Below are positions 38,741-48,834 of a stretch of DNA of 64,000 bases, one piece after another. Numbering within the stretch: position 1 is the first letter of the stretch; each line of letters starts with the position of its first letter. The notes beneath the pieces are model-generated. The model was given only the letters and a program-made list of their open reading frames with translations. It ran no database searches and had not been told where the DNA came from. The translations under genes and the position numbers were made by a program. This DNA comes from a virus: the IMG/VR virus record IMGVR_UViG_3300021138_000016, positions 14,143 to 78,142 of that record; one strand, given 5' to 3'.

Positions 38741-41276
38741 GTGGGAGTTTTTTTCTTTGTTCCGCCTCTGCCTCTAATTCTGCCTTTGTTTTTGCTTCTT
38801 GCTGACGGTTATTGCCTTTTTGGTCTATTAATTGTGATTGTGATAGTGTCTTTAATTGTGCAATAAGTTGTTGAAGTTCCATCTTTATTTTACCTTCTTC
38901 ATCAACAAGTGCTATCTTGCTTTGTGTTTGCGCTTGTAACATCATCATTGCTGATTGTTGTTGTGCTTGTTGCATTTCTAAAGCCCTCTGATGTTGAAGT
39001 TCCTCAAAATCGCTTTTCTTTTTCTCCATCTTATTTGCAGCGATAACCATTAATACTGCACCATACTTGTAGTTTTGTTGTATTGTATCTACTATTAATT
39101 GCACGTCTTGGGTTTCTATCTTACCATCCCTTAACATCTGCATTGCCATATTGATAAAGAAATCTGTTTTGGCTTTAACATCCTCTAATGAAACTGTTAG
39201 TGCCAAATCTTCGGCTTCGATTCCTTCAATACTGTCTAATAAAGAAGCGTTTGCAATACCAATGGCACTTGTTAGTTCTTCCCACCTTTGTTTAAAGCCA
39301 TATTTTTTCTTTTCTTTAATCATTGCTAATATATGCTGTACACATCTTTCCCCATACATTATTAGCATTTCCCTACAAGCCTTTTCCATAAACCATATAC
39401 CTTCATTAGCGGCGTTTAGTTGGGATGTTATTGATTGCTCATTTTGTCTTGGGGCAATTTGACCTAAAGAAGCATCAGTAGCGGATAAAGCAACAGTCAT
39501 TTGGTCGTATAATTGCATCATTACTTTTAAGTAATTTTCTGCTTTATCCAAATGTTTTGTATCTATTGGGACAAATAACTTAGAAGGGTCGTTTACTACT
39601 ACATTACCGTTTTTGTCTCTGAATTTAAGCCAAGCCATACCGCTTTGTCTTAGCATCTTCCATTGTTCCATTGCCGCATCGTATCCATTATTCCCAGATG
39701 GCTTATCTTCATCTACGTTGCCTATGTTTTTAGAGTTCGCTTCGTCTGCCACATTCAATAACCCACTTATCAAATCCCAATCCATTGCCAACCCTGTCAT
39801 ATCTTGTACTATACAGTTTTGGAATTTATGCCATAAAGTATTTATTTTAGGCATATAGGCTTGTTTAATATCCATATAAGATGGTCTTTCTACATCTTGC
39901 CAAATAACAAGTGTACTTTTAGCGTATCTCATATCAATACCATATCGGTACATATCAATATCTTTTTTCATATCGAAAATGTACTGCGACTGCCAAGCCC
40001 AATCTGTTTGTTGGTTATTTTGAAGCCTATCTCCGGGCGGTGGGACATAATAACAACTGTACCAAGTGTTGTATATCCTTTGCCTTTTTTCTTCGCTATC
40101 TGTTTCGGGAATCCAATTAAGAGGTTTTGGTTGCCAAGTCTTTATTTTATCATTAACCAATTTTTCGGAAAATGATTCAGCATCTTGTGTAAGTATTGAA
40201 AAGAATCCTACTTGTATAAAAGCATTACTGCCGCTAACTCCCCCTGCTTTGGAGTAACTCATATTGTGACCTGCACCTTGAACCTTATTTAGTTCAAATA
40301 CTTCTTTCAATTGTTCGTCTGTAAGTGTTTCACCAAACCTTCTTACAAATTCTGCAAAGGTTATTAGTTTCTGATGATACCAAAATACAATATCTTCCCC
40401 GTTATGCGTTTTAAAGGGGGATGTAAACAATTCTGTTGGGTCTATGTATTCTACTGTACCCCTACCGTTAGTTTCATCCGTGTACCATCTGCCACAAGCC
40501 CGATTAAAGTTTTTTATATCTCTATTGAAGTCTTGGGATATTATTCTCCACTTATTAAGGTTTATTAAATAGTGTTCTATACCTAATTCAAAAGCTAATT
40601 CAATATTCCCCCTGTAAATGTAAGATTGATATAAGGCAAGTGTTTGGGAATCGTTTATTTGTGATTTTATGTAATCTAAAACCCCACTTATCTTATCTTC
40701 CTTTAAAGTAACATCCTTATCGTCCGATTTTTTACCGCCTTTTGTTGCTAATGATGCAGCATATTTATATGGGTCTTGGCTTTCTGATAGTGGGGACATA
40801 TTTAATTCAACCAAAACGTGATTGATTATATCCCTAAATAAATGCTGATAGATTAACTTGTCTTTTTCTTTCTGCCTTTGCATTTTGGCATACTTATCTA
40901 TTTCGTTTACTTGTATTTTGTTTTCAATCCCAATTTTATCTAGTTTTGCTAAAATGATATTATCTAAATGTGCGTCTATGGGGTTTGCCTTAAAATCTGC
41001 CGAAAAATAAGATGCAGTACCACCGCCGCCTTGTGGTGTTTTAGGGTCAATGATATTTATATACTCTTGTTTGTTTAATTCTAGTACATCTAGTTTTCTG
41101 TAAATTTTTGCTTTTTTGGGGTCTAAAAACCTAGAACTATTTTTTTGTGCATAGAATATGGCTTGTGCTAACCATAACTTAGATAGCTTTAAATCTTCGG
41201 GAAAGAAGTTTAAATCCGACCAAAATAAGGTTATATCTTTAACTTGGGGCGTGTTCGTAATTTTTGGCTTTGCCAT
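38730..41276 (-). CDS. Portal protein (crAss-like)
   Basis: VEYIDPTELF...ITFAEFVRRFGETLTDEQLKEV, NIELAFE, Gln-rich C-terminal coil; lies between TerL and scaffold. Confidence 0.85.
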   Translation of the reverse strand: MAKPKITNTPQVKDITLFWSDLNFFPEDLKLSKLWLAQAIFYAQKNSSRFLDPKKAKIYRKLDVLELNKQEYINIIDPKTPQGGGGTASYFSADFKANPIDAHLDNIILAKLDKIGIENKIQVNEIDKYAKMQRQKEKDKLIYQHLFRDIINHVLVELNMSPLSESQDPYKYAASLATKGGKKSDDKDVTLKEDKISGVLDYIKSQINDSQTLALYQSYIYRGNIELAFELGIEHYLINLNKWRIISQDFNRDIKNFNRACGRWYTDETNGRGTVEYIDPTELFTSPFKTHNGEDIVFWYHQKLITFAEFVRRFGETLTDEQLKEVFELNKVQGAGHNMSYSKAGGVSGSNAFIQVGFFSILTQDAESFSEKLVNDKIKTWQPKPLNWIPETDSEEKRQRIYNTWYSCYYVPPPGDRLQNNQQTDWAWQSQYIFDMKKDIDMYRYGIDMRYAKSTLVIWQDVERPSYMDIKQAYMPKINTLWHKFQNCIVQDMTGLAMDWDLISGLLNVADEANSKNIGNVDEDKPSGNNGYDAAMEQWKMLRQSGMAWLKFRDKNGNVVVNDPSKLFVPIDTKHLDKAENYLKVMMQLYDQMTVALSATDASLGQIAPRQNEQSITSQLNAANEGIWFMEKACREMLIMYGERCVQHILAMIKEKKKYGFKQRWEELTSAIGIANASLLDSIEGIEAEDLALTVSLEDVKAKTDFFINMAMQMLRDGKIETQDVQLIVDTIQQNYKYGAVLMVIAANKMEKKKSDFEELQHQRALEMQQAQQQSAMMMLQAQTQSKIALVDEEGKIKMELQQLIAQLKTLSQSQLIDQKGNNRQQEAKTKAELEAEAEQRKKLPPIQ

Positions 41277-41292
41277 TAATAAAAAATTTCTA

Positions 41293-41300
41293 CAAAATTA
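41293..41300 (-). promoter_or_regulatory. Bacteroidota -7 element (TAATTTTG) upstream of portal
   Basis: CAAAATTA on the plus strand. Confidence 0.5.
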
Positions 41301-41321
41301 GAGATATTTTTGGTAGTTCCA

Positions 41322-42059
41322 TTATTTTTTTGTATTGGTGGCTATCGCAAGTACATCTGTATCTACTACGCAATCAATTTTTTTGTCATTTAGTATAACG
41401 GGAAACACGTCCCTATCGTCTAATAATAGTATATCTCCTTTATTTATTGGTATTTGTTTGTTTAGATAAATAGGGGATGATATTACTTTCCTTTGATATG
41501 TTTTTTCTTCTTCTGTGTACAAAATATCAAATGCAGATACTTTTTGTATAACACTTTCTTCGTGTTCTAGGAATACATAAGGGCTATTGCTTATTAACTC
41601 ACCCCCTCTTATTAATCCTAGTATTGGGCTTAACTCATCCACATCCCCTGCATAATAAACTATGGTGGGTTTTGTTATCCTTCTGTTGGCATCAACTACC
41701 AATGTTTCTTTGTGATAAGTACTGTTGGCATTTACCAAAAATAAATCATCGTCACCATCTTTACAAAAGAAGTTAGAAGAACTATTACAAACAGTATAGT
41801 CTATTATTGCTATATCCCCTACTTGAATGTTTTTCTCATTGGGGTTTACTTTCTCTACTGTTGCTGTCTGTACAAACTTAGAGTTGTATGCTTCATCTAT
41901 TTCATCAACCTTAATGGTTTTGAATAGGGTTACTTTACTACCATCGTCCCTAACTATTTGCTTTGTATAGATACTTTCTCTATGCTCTGATGTTATTCTT
42001 AGTAAGATTCTATCTCCTAATAACTGTACTTTGCTTAAATCTAAATCTGTGATAGCCAT
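41322..42059 (-). CDS. GroES/Cpn10-like co-chaperonin, tandem domains
   Basis: QLLGDRILLR...ATVEKV...IQVGDIAII; second repeat INKGDILL...DTDVLA. Confidence 0.7.
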   Translation of the reverse strand: MAITDLDLSKVQLLGDRILLRITSEHRESIYTKQIVRDDGSKVTLFKTIKVDEIDEAYNSKFVQTATVEKVNPNEKNIQVGDIAIIDYTVCNSSSNFFCKDGDDDLFLVNANSTYHKETLVVDANRRITKPTIVYYAGDVDELSPILGLIRGGELISNSPYVFLEHEESVIQKVSAFDILYTEEEKTYQRKVISSPIYLNKQIPINKGDILLLDDRDVFPVILNDKKIDCVVDTDVLAIATNTKK

Positions 42060-42065
42060 TTTCTT

Positions 42066-44090
42066 TTATTTATTTCTTGGGGGGTTTATTTCCATCATTA
42101 TTTGCATCATTGTTCTAGTACTATTGTCTGTAAGATTTGTTTCTTGTATCTGCTTTAATCCATACTCTAACATTACCTCTGACATTGTTATGTGGGATTC
42201 CTCTGTATTGCTCAAATCGAAATTCTTTTTATCTTCCAAACCTTCTTCAAAAGGGTATTGTTCTAGTTGGTCTATGTCGTTGGGGGATTTTGGTATATCA
42301 AACCTAGTCACCAACATTTGCAATCCATTTTCAGTTGTCTTTGGGGTTGTCCACATTCCCCACTTCTTATCTGTTTCACTTTTCAATAAAAAGTTAGACA
42401 TATTTTCTTCTTCAAATACTTCTTCTGTTGATTCTACCTGTCTTTCTGCCATTACGGGGTATCCCCAAAACTTACAAGCCTTAACGCACTCTTTATGTGC
42501 TATTTTAGGGTCACTTGGACGTTGTAAATATAAGGCACAATATTTATTTGCATTACCACTACCAAAATAATCAAATTTTTGATACACGACTATTGATGCT
42601 TTAGATAGTTTTTTACTGATAGTGTTATCGGTCTTATATCTTATAGGGTCATATCCTATACAACCTTCGGGGTTTATTGGGGGATAGTAAGTACCTTCAC
42701 TACGTCTGAACCTATTTCTTGTATCAATGTTTTTTTCTGTATCAAAGTATGGCATAACGGCAACTAACCAAGCCCCTTCATCGTTCTGTTCAAACCAAAC
42801 CTTGCCTTGTTTATCTTCTACCAAATCCCCTTTAACATAAGGCTTTTGGTCTATTGGGAGTGCGTAAAGATGATTTAACCTTTCGTCAAAACGCATTACC
42901 GAGAAGTAGGTTTTGTCATTTGCCGACATTAACCCGTGTTCTTCTTTTAGTGGCATACGCCTTAACTCAAATACATATTGCTTACTATCTTTTGCGTATT
43001 TGTTTGCTTGCGCCCATACATAAGCCTCACAAGCATCTTTGTTTACTTTGCCAAATCTGGTATAAACAGGGTCACGAACCTTATCGGGGATGTCGGCAGA
43101 GTGTATTGCACTAACGAACCATTTGTATAACCCACTTGTTGTACGGTTATTAGCATCCCTTACAAGGGGATTACTTTCCATATACATCTTACACCCTTCC
43201 TTTACGGCGTTTAATTGGTTGTCACTATCTCCCATTGTAGAAAGAACATCTATCTTACCTTTTATGCCATATTCTACTACACACTTTTTATTAATGTCTA
43301 GTGTTTCCATTGTAGAGGCGGTTGTCCACTTAAAGGCTTCGTCCTGTACTATAAATCTCTTTTTTGTACCATCCATTGCTGATGCTACTGTTGGATAAGC
43401 CCTTGCAGTTCCCCCTAAGTAAGTATTGTTTTCATCACTATCCTCATCTTTAAGAACATTGCAAGTTAATTCTATCCCGTTACGGGGTTTCTTTGATGCA
43501 GGGGTATAAATCTTTTCACGCATCCAAATAGGTCTTGCAAGATATGTTTCTATAAAAGGCAACATCAAAGTTTCCTTTACTTTTTTATCGGTATTACTTT
43601 GTAATCCAACGTGACTATTTTCATCTTCTAGTAGAGTATAAATACCTTCGCTTATTTCCTCTGACGACATACCACTACGCCTACACTTTAGAATACATTT
43701 CCCAAAACAATCTGCATCTTTTCTAACCAAGTCCCTAAAATAAAAGTCTAATCTTTGTTGGTCTAAGTAGTTGGGGTATCCGAAGTCAAACTTATTGAAA
43801 ACAAGAAAGTCATAGTGCATCCCTGTAAGGTAAACCAATTCTCCTCCTATAAGTATCCAAACCCCTTCAAGCCATCTTTTTCTATGCAAGTCTATTATTT
43901 CAATCCTTTTCTTTTCTGTCAATCTTCTTACATCGGGTATGTCGGGGCGTGTCCAAATTTGATTTTGTTTATTATAAACATCAAAGTTTATTATATCTTT
44001 TTCATCATTAGGTACAGACAAAGGGATTTCGTAGGTATATAACCCATCCATTAGTGAAACCGTATTACTATTTGTTACTTTCTTTGACAC
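42066..44090 (-). CDS. terL: Terminase large subunit
   Basis: YLTGMHY, Walker A KCRRSGMS, Walker B FIVQDEAFKW, RNase H-like CIGYDP. Confidence 0.9.
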   Translation of the reverse strand: MSKKVTNSNTVSLMDGLYTYEIPLSVPNDEKDIINFDVYNKQNQIWTRPDIPDVRRLTEKKRIEIIDLHRKRWLEGVWILIGGELVYLTGMHYDFLVFNKFDFGYPNYLDQQRLDFYFRDLVRKDADCFGKCILKCRRSGMSSEEISEGIYTLLEDENSHVGLQSNTDKKVKETLMLPFIETYLARPIWMREKIYTPASKKPRNGIELTCNVLKDEDSDENNTYLGGTARAYPTVASAMDGTKKRFIVQDEAFKWTTASTMETLDINKKCVVEYGIKGKIDVLSTMGDSDNQLNAVKEGCKMYMESNPLVRDANNRTTSGLYKWFVSAIHSADIPDKVRDPVYTRFGKVNKDACEAYVWAQANKYAKDSKQYVFELRRMPLKEEHGLMSANDKTYFSVMRFDERLNHLYALPIDQKPYVKGDLVEDKQGKVWFEQNDEGAWLVAVMPYFDTEKNIDTRNRFRRSEGTYYPPINPEGCIGYDPIRYKTDNTISKKLSKASIVVYQKFDYFGSGNANKYCALYLQRPSDPKIAHKECVKACKFWGYPVMAERQVESTEEVFEEENMSNFLLKSETDKKWGMWTTPKTTENGLQMLVTRFDIPKSPNDIDQLEQYPFEEGLEDKKNFDLSNTEESHITMSEVMLEYGLKQIQETNLTDNSTRTMMQIMMEINPPRNK

Positions 44091-44156
44091 GTTATAGATT
44101 AAAACTATTAAAAACCTTGTAAATATAGAAAATATCTATCAAGTGCTATTCTGTTT

Positions 44157-44954
44157 TTAGAATTTAACGATGTATTTTTCAAAAATCTCGTTTAAAACAT
44201 CTTTCCCCAATGCTGTTATTTTTAATTTAGTCCCCATTAACTTTCCGCTTTTGCTTATATAACCTTTATTTTGAAGGGTGCTAAATGCCAATTTTATTTT
44301 AGTCTTACTGCTATTGAAAGAATATTTATACAAATCACGCCAAATTGTACTGCTTAATACCTCTTCCCCTGCATATAACCTAATCATTACTTGAAATTCG
44401 GGCATATTTAACTTAGTCCTTAAAGCAATAGTCTTTCTATTAGCTTCATAATTAACTAAGAACCTAGACATATAGTTTGAAGCTATCATCCATTGGTCTT
44501 TAGGTATAGATAGTTTGTTCTTTGATTTTATAAGGTAGTTGTATGTTGGGGAAAGATTAATTGTATTTATTTTGGAAAATGTATCAACCAATTCCTTGCA
44601 TCCTAAAACAAAAATACCCTTACTGATAATATCATCTGAATCTTTTGATTTTAAGTTCTTTTCGTGCAATTCTTTGTACTTAAAAAACTCCTCAACAGAC
44701 ATCCCATTTACATCATCCTCAACTATTAGTATCCACTTCTTTCTTAAAGCCCTAATCAATACAAACATCTTGGATAAGAAACTTAACTTACAACTAGACT
44801 TAGTATCAAATATGTGACCTTTCTTGAAAATTTTATACCCTATGTCTTTAGGTAATAATTCTCTTTGAGCCTCTCCCATAAGTGATGCTTGGCTTTGAAA
44901 ATAGTATTCAAAGTTTTCGTTCTGCAAATCAAATTTACTATTGCCTATATTCAT
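44157..44954 (-). CDS. Winged-helix (MarR-like) DNA-binding protein
   Basis: LNMPEFQVM...IKLAFSTLQNKGYISK...LKITALGKDVL. Confidence 0.6.
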   Translation of the reverse strand: MNIGNSKFDLQNENFEYYFQSQASLMGEAQRELLPKDIGYKIFKKGHIFDTKSSCKLSFLSKMFVLIRALRKKWILIVEDDVNGMSVEEFFKYKELHEKNLKSKDSDDIISKGIFVLGCKELVDTFSKINTINLSPTYNYLIKSKNKLSIPKDQWMIASNYMSRFLVNYEANRKTIALRTKLNMPEFQVMIRLYAGEEVLSSTIWRDLYKYSFNSSKTKIKLAFSTLQNKGYISKSGKLMGTKLKITALGKDVLNEIFEKYIVKF

Positions 44955-45127
44955 TAGTTGTTAGGTTTAGTTTTCAATACTTCGTGGGGGTTGCTTGGGC
45001 AAGTACACATTTCCTTATAGAAAATAAGTTTGCCACACTCACAAGTCCTGCCATCAAACTGTAAGTCGTTTGGTTGTGGTATAACCCCATCAACCTTATG
45101 TGCATCTTTACAAGGTTTGTTATCCAT
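44954..45127 (-). CDS. 57-aa Cys-rich protein (not in ORF track)
   Basis: MDNKPCKDAHK...TCECGK...MCTCPSNPHE...NN*, overlapping both neighbouring genes. Confidence 0.65.
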   Translation of the reverse strand: MDNKPCKDAHKVDGVIPQPNDLQFDGRTCECGKLIFYKEMCTCPSNPHEVLKTKPNN

Positions 45128-46106
45128 CGCTAAAAGTGTTTAGTTGGATTTCTTTGAATTGAAACCCGTGATTAACAATAATTTTTTCTAATTGATTTAT
45201 CCTATTACTCCAAGTGTGATTTGATAGAAATAATCTATTGGTGGCTTTTGCAGCCCCCTGTACAAAAAAGTCCCTATACAAAGCAGCGTGACATATTTCA
45301 CCTAATTCTTTAAAGTTAGACCATTTGTAAATAAAATCTTCTGACAATCCTTTTATATCTTGGTGAACCGTGAATATACCACAAGCCAATGCCCTAAAAT
45401 CCCTATCACTACAATATCCTTCACGTTCAAAGTTGTTTTGGGTAAATGTTATCTTGGCTGAATTGTAACAAAGTATTTCTTCTTGTGGGTTTAGGAATCC
45501 ACCTTTTTGCCCCAACCCATAAGCCTTAAACTTGTCTCCAAATTCTTTCTCCATATACTCAATTACTTCTTGTCGTTCTTTTGACTTAGGGAAGTTTAAG
45601 TTTGAGTTTTGATAGTTACTACCTATGAATACTATTGGGGGAAAATCAAATATAGTGTTCTTGTTATTAAACTTTCGATACATTTTAGTATCACAACTTG
45701 GTTGCATATAATCAACGTTGTTAATCCCTTTTTCTTTTAGTTGTGCAACACTTTCTCTATCACAAAAAAGAATAAGATTTAAGTGTGGGGCAAGTTCTTC
45801 TATGAAGTCAATATTGTCCCTTACATCTACTGTATAAAAAAAAGTAAATCCCAACTTAGACAACTCCGATGCAGTATAACTGTCTAAAGAACCTTCGTTT
45901 TGCATTTGAATAAATATCAAATCGGGTTCTTCCATTGCTGCTTTAGCAATAAGTCGTGGGGAAACCCCCTCTATCCCTGCGTTTAGCTTTACTTTCTGCC
46001 AATCAATTTCAGAAACTTCCCATCCATTGCTTTCAAATGCTTCGCTTATCCCCGTATTTGGATATGCGGCACTTGTTTGTCTGATGTGTAATACTTTCTT
46101 TATCAT
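45120..46106 (-). CDS. Glycosyltransferase, GT-B (CgeB/Glyco_trans_1_2-like)
   Basis: VFIGSNY, YNSAKI, SDRDFRALACG, HTWSNR. Confidence 0.8.
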   Translation of the reverse strand: MIKKVLHIRQTSAAYPNTGISEAFESNGWEVSEIDWQKVKLNAGIEGVSPRLIAKAAMEEPDLIFIQMQNEGSLDSYTASELSKLGFTFFYTVDVRDNIDFIEELAPHLNLILFCDRESVAQLKEKGINNVDYMQPSCDTKMYRKFNNKNTIFDFPPIVFIGSNYQNSNLNFPKSKERQEVIEYMEKEFGDKFKAYGLGQKGGFLNPQEEILCYNSAKITFTQNNFEREGYCSDRDFRALACGIFTVHQDIKGLSEDFIYKWSNFKELGEICHAALYRDFFVQGAAKATNRLFLSNHTWSNRINQLEKIIVNHGFQFKEIQLNTFSDG

Positions 46107-46419
46107 TTGTCTTTTTTTATTGCTTTAATATGTTCCGTATAATAACTTAAAGAAAATAAAGAATGTTTTATTAATAACTTCTTACCTTCTTCCAAATATT
46201 TATCTAAGTCATTATGCCCCCACTCTTCTGGGTCAAAACTAATTCGGACTTCTTTTGTTGTTCTCTTACTTTCTTTATGTTTTATATAAAAAAATAAGCA
46301 ATCTCTCTGCCGCCAGAACTAATAAAATCGTGAACCCAATCTTTGTAAAAAAAATCTGTACCCTCAAAAGATTGTTTTAAAATACTGTCTAAATAAAGTA
46401 ATTCATTAATTTGTATCAT
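46103..46419 (-). pseudogene. ~105-aa gene interrupted by a one-base frameshift at a poly-T tract
   Basis: ATG at 46419 and TGA at 46103 both form ATGA overlaps with neighbours. The span is 317 nt; one added T at the tract near 46288-46294 restores the frame. Confidence 0.55.
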
Positions 46420-47084
46420 ATATTATTTGTTAATCGGTTAAAATTTTGTTCCATCATTATTGAAAAATCAACAACTCCCAATTCTTTATTATAAATACTA
46501 TCAAGACCTTTATGCTTTAATGGGTCGTAGTTGAATATGTCTGATTTAGTAGGTCTTTGTGTAAATATCATTGGGTTACTGCAATAACACTTGCCTAATG
46601 GCTGTATCTTTCTCATAATACTTACATCTATTGGTTGTGTTTCATCTTCCAAGAGGGGCAAGATTAGATTTATCGCTTCCTTCGAGTAAAATGTAGCGTG
46701 TAAAGCGTATGAAGCTGTTATTTTAAGTATGTTTTCAGATACTTTAGTAGGTGGAACTAATAAGTTTACCCCTAAGTGTAGGCAATGATAGTCTTTAGGG
46801 ATTTGTTGCAAACATTCTGAAATAAACCCTTCTGTACCTTCTATAAATTTAGCATCATCTTCAAATACAAGTATATTTTCATAATTCATTAGTTTGGCTA
46901 TTGAAAAAAGGCTGTGCATTGTCTTAATTAAACCAACATAACCTTCTTTGTTTCTTAAAGCATCAAACTTAACCCATTCAATCCCCAATGAATCCAATTC
47001 CTTACCCAACACATCAAGTCTATCCGACTTTCTTTCGGGCAATGAAATAATAAAAACCTTATCTACAAAATCATTAATTAGCAT
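46416..47084 (-). CDS. Glycosyltransferase family 25-like
   Basis: FIISLPERKSDR, ILVFEDDAKF, PIDV. Confidence 0.8.
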   Translation of the reverse strand: MLINDFVDKVFIISLPERKSDRLDVLGKELDSLGIEWVKFDALRNKEGYVGLIKTMHSLFSIAKLMNYENILVFEDDAKFIEGTEGFISECLQQIPKDYHCLHLGVNLLVPPTKVSENILKITASYALHATFYSKEAINLILPLLEDETQPIDVSIMRKIQPLGKCYCSNPMIFTQRPTKSDIFNYDPLKHKGLDSIYNKELGVVDFSIMMEQNFNRLTNNI

Positions 47085-48621
47085 CTGTTATTATTTGATA
47101 CTTGAAAGAAATAAACTTGTTGGTTATCGTTTTCTTGACCCCTTCGTAAGTAAAAAATTCATTGAACATTGCTTTACAGTTTTCTTGCAATATCCATATT
47201 TGCTTTTCGGGATATGATTGCAATATAATATCAATGTCATTTATTTCTGCTTCACTAATAACAATACCAAATCTTTCAAATTGTTCTTTTGTCAGTCCGT
47301 ATGGATATAAATGCTTGTCAGAAATGTAAACAGGGATACTACCTTGCTCAACCGCTTCCATTATTCTAAAACTACTCAATCCAAACCCCCTAAAACATAA
47401 AGTAAAAACAGATTGTGCCATTATATCGCAATATTCTTGCATTGAATGATTATCTGTTGATATGTAGTAGTTGGGGTTGTTTCTTAAAGATTTAATACCT
47501 TCACTTCTTAGGGGGTTTGTTAATCTGCCAACAAAGTTCGCCAAGTACTTCTTATCTGTTTTTTTTGATTTGCCGTGTGGCTTACAGATAAGTGGCAGTA
47601 TATAGTCACATTGCTCGTCACACATACCAAATACCTTTATGTCTAAGTTGCTTAAATCGTTGATAACCCCCAAATCAAATTGGCAAATAGTAAAATACTT
47701 CTTTGACTTGTCTAGCTTATCCAAATAGGATTGTAATTGCTTTATCGCTAGTGTATCGTTACCGAAATTGTGGTTTTTATAATAAGCAGTCCACATAATA
47801 GGTAGATACTCTCTGTCTTTCACTTCTCCTTTGTATGTTGATGCAAACCATTCCTCAAATATTTGTTCGTTATCTGATGGATACTTGCTTGTTTCTTTAG
47901 GGGTAAATAATTTGGGGATGCCAAAATCGTTAAATTCTTCCAATAGCTTAGGTATATACCTTTTTTCTGCGAATTTCAAGGCACTTTTAGCGGGTTCACG
48001 TCTAATATAGAACGCATCACCCCATCCTGCCCCTGTCATTGATAATTCTACCCTATCAAACCCATTTCTTTCCAAAAATTCGTCTATTTCGTGCAGTTTA
48101 GGCACTCCCTTGTAGACTTCTCCCGTGTTTACCTCACAATAAATGTACTTCATCTGCTTTAAAAAGTTACCAAGACCTTTTAAAGCCATCAATTCAGCAC
48201 CCTGTATGTCTAAATTTAAGAAAAAATCAGAAACGTCCACTCTTTGTATTCTTAAAAAAGTGTCTAATCGCTTTGTAGTAAGTTGTATTTTACTTACAAA
48301 TGATACTTCGGGGTGGTTTGTTGTGTGTGTACCAAAATCAAATATTGAACTGCTTTCCCCTTTGTTAGAAGAAACATTAAATTGCACTACTTCACCGTCT
48401 TTGTCGCCTACACATACATTGTACGCCTTGTGTGTGGGGTAATCTTTCAGTATTTCTTTTGCTGAATTAAATGTTTCGGGCAATGCATCTACCCAATAAA
48501 CGTTTTCAAGACCATTACGTTTGTAATCCTCTCTTTCTTGGAAGTAATTAGCCCCAACGTGAAGTACCCCGTTTGCTTTTATATTGTATTTGTTATTTAG
48601 AAAGTCTAGTTTAATCAGCAT
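47074..48621 (-). CDS. Fusion of FkbM-family methyltransferase and exostosin (GT47)-like glycosyltransferase
   Basis: N-half LHVGAN...LNLDIQGAELMALKG; C-half SVFTLCFRGFGLSSFRIMEAVEQGSIPVYISD. Confidence 0.85.
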   Translation of the reverse strand: MLIKLDFLNNKYNIKANGVLHVGANYFQEREDYKRNGLENVYWVDALPETFNSAKEILKDYPTHKAYNVCVGDKDGEVVQFNVSSNKGESSSIFDFGTHTTNHPEVSFVSKIQLTTKRLDTFLRIQRVDVSDFFLNLDIQGAELMALKGLGNFLKQMKYIYCEVNTGEVYKGVPKLHEIDEFLERNGFDRVELSMTGAGWGDAFYIRREPAKSALKFAEKRYIPKLLEEFNDFGIPKLFTPKETSKYPSDNEQIFEEWFASTYKGEVKDREYLPIMWTAYYKNHNFGNDTLAIKQLQSYLDKLDKSKKYFTICQFDLGVINDLSNLDIKVFGMCDEQCDYILPLICKPHGKSKKTDKKYLANFVGRLTNPLRSEGIKSLRNNPNYYISTDNHSMQEYCDIMAQSVFTLCFRGFGLSSFRIMEAVEQGSIPVYISDKHLYPYGLTKEQFERFGIVISEAEINDIDIILQSYPEKQIWILQENCKAMFNEFFTYEGVKKTITNKFISFKYQIITDAN

Positions 48622-48633
48622 TTTTTTTATTTT

Positions 48634-48834
48634 TTAATTATCAGATATTATTTCACATTGGTCTAACCTAGCATATACATAATCCCCATGTCCATGTATT
48701 TCAATTATTAAAGGACTATCTAAAAATGACATATTATTATCCAAATCTTTTACTACTATTGTGCCTTTAGGATATTTATAAATAGTCCCATAAACATCTT
48801 TTTCTATTTGTTCTTTCAAAACAAGATTTCTCAT
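48634..48834 (-). CDS. Hypothetical protein
   Basis: 66-aa ORF within the GT cluster. Confidence 0.55.
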   Translation of the reverse strand: MRNLVLKEQIEKDVYGTIYKYPKGTIVVKDLDNNMSFLDSPLIIEIHGHGDYVYARLDQCEIISDN

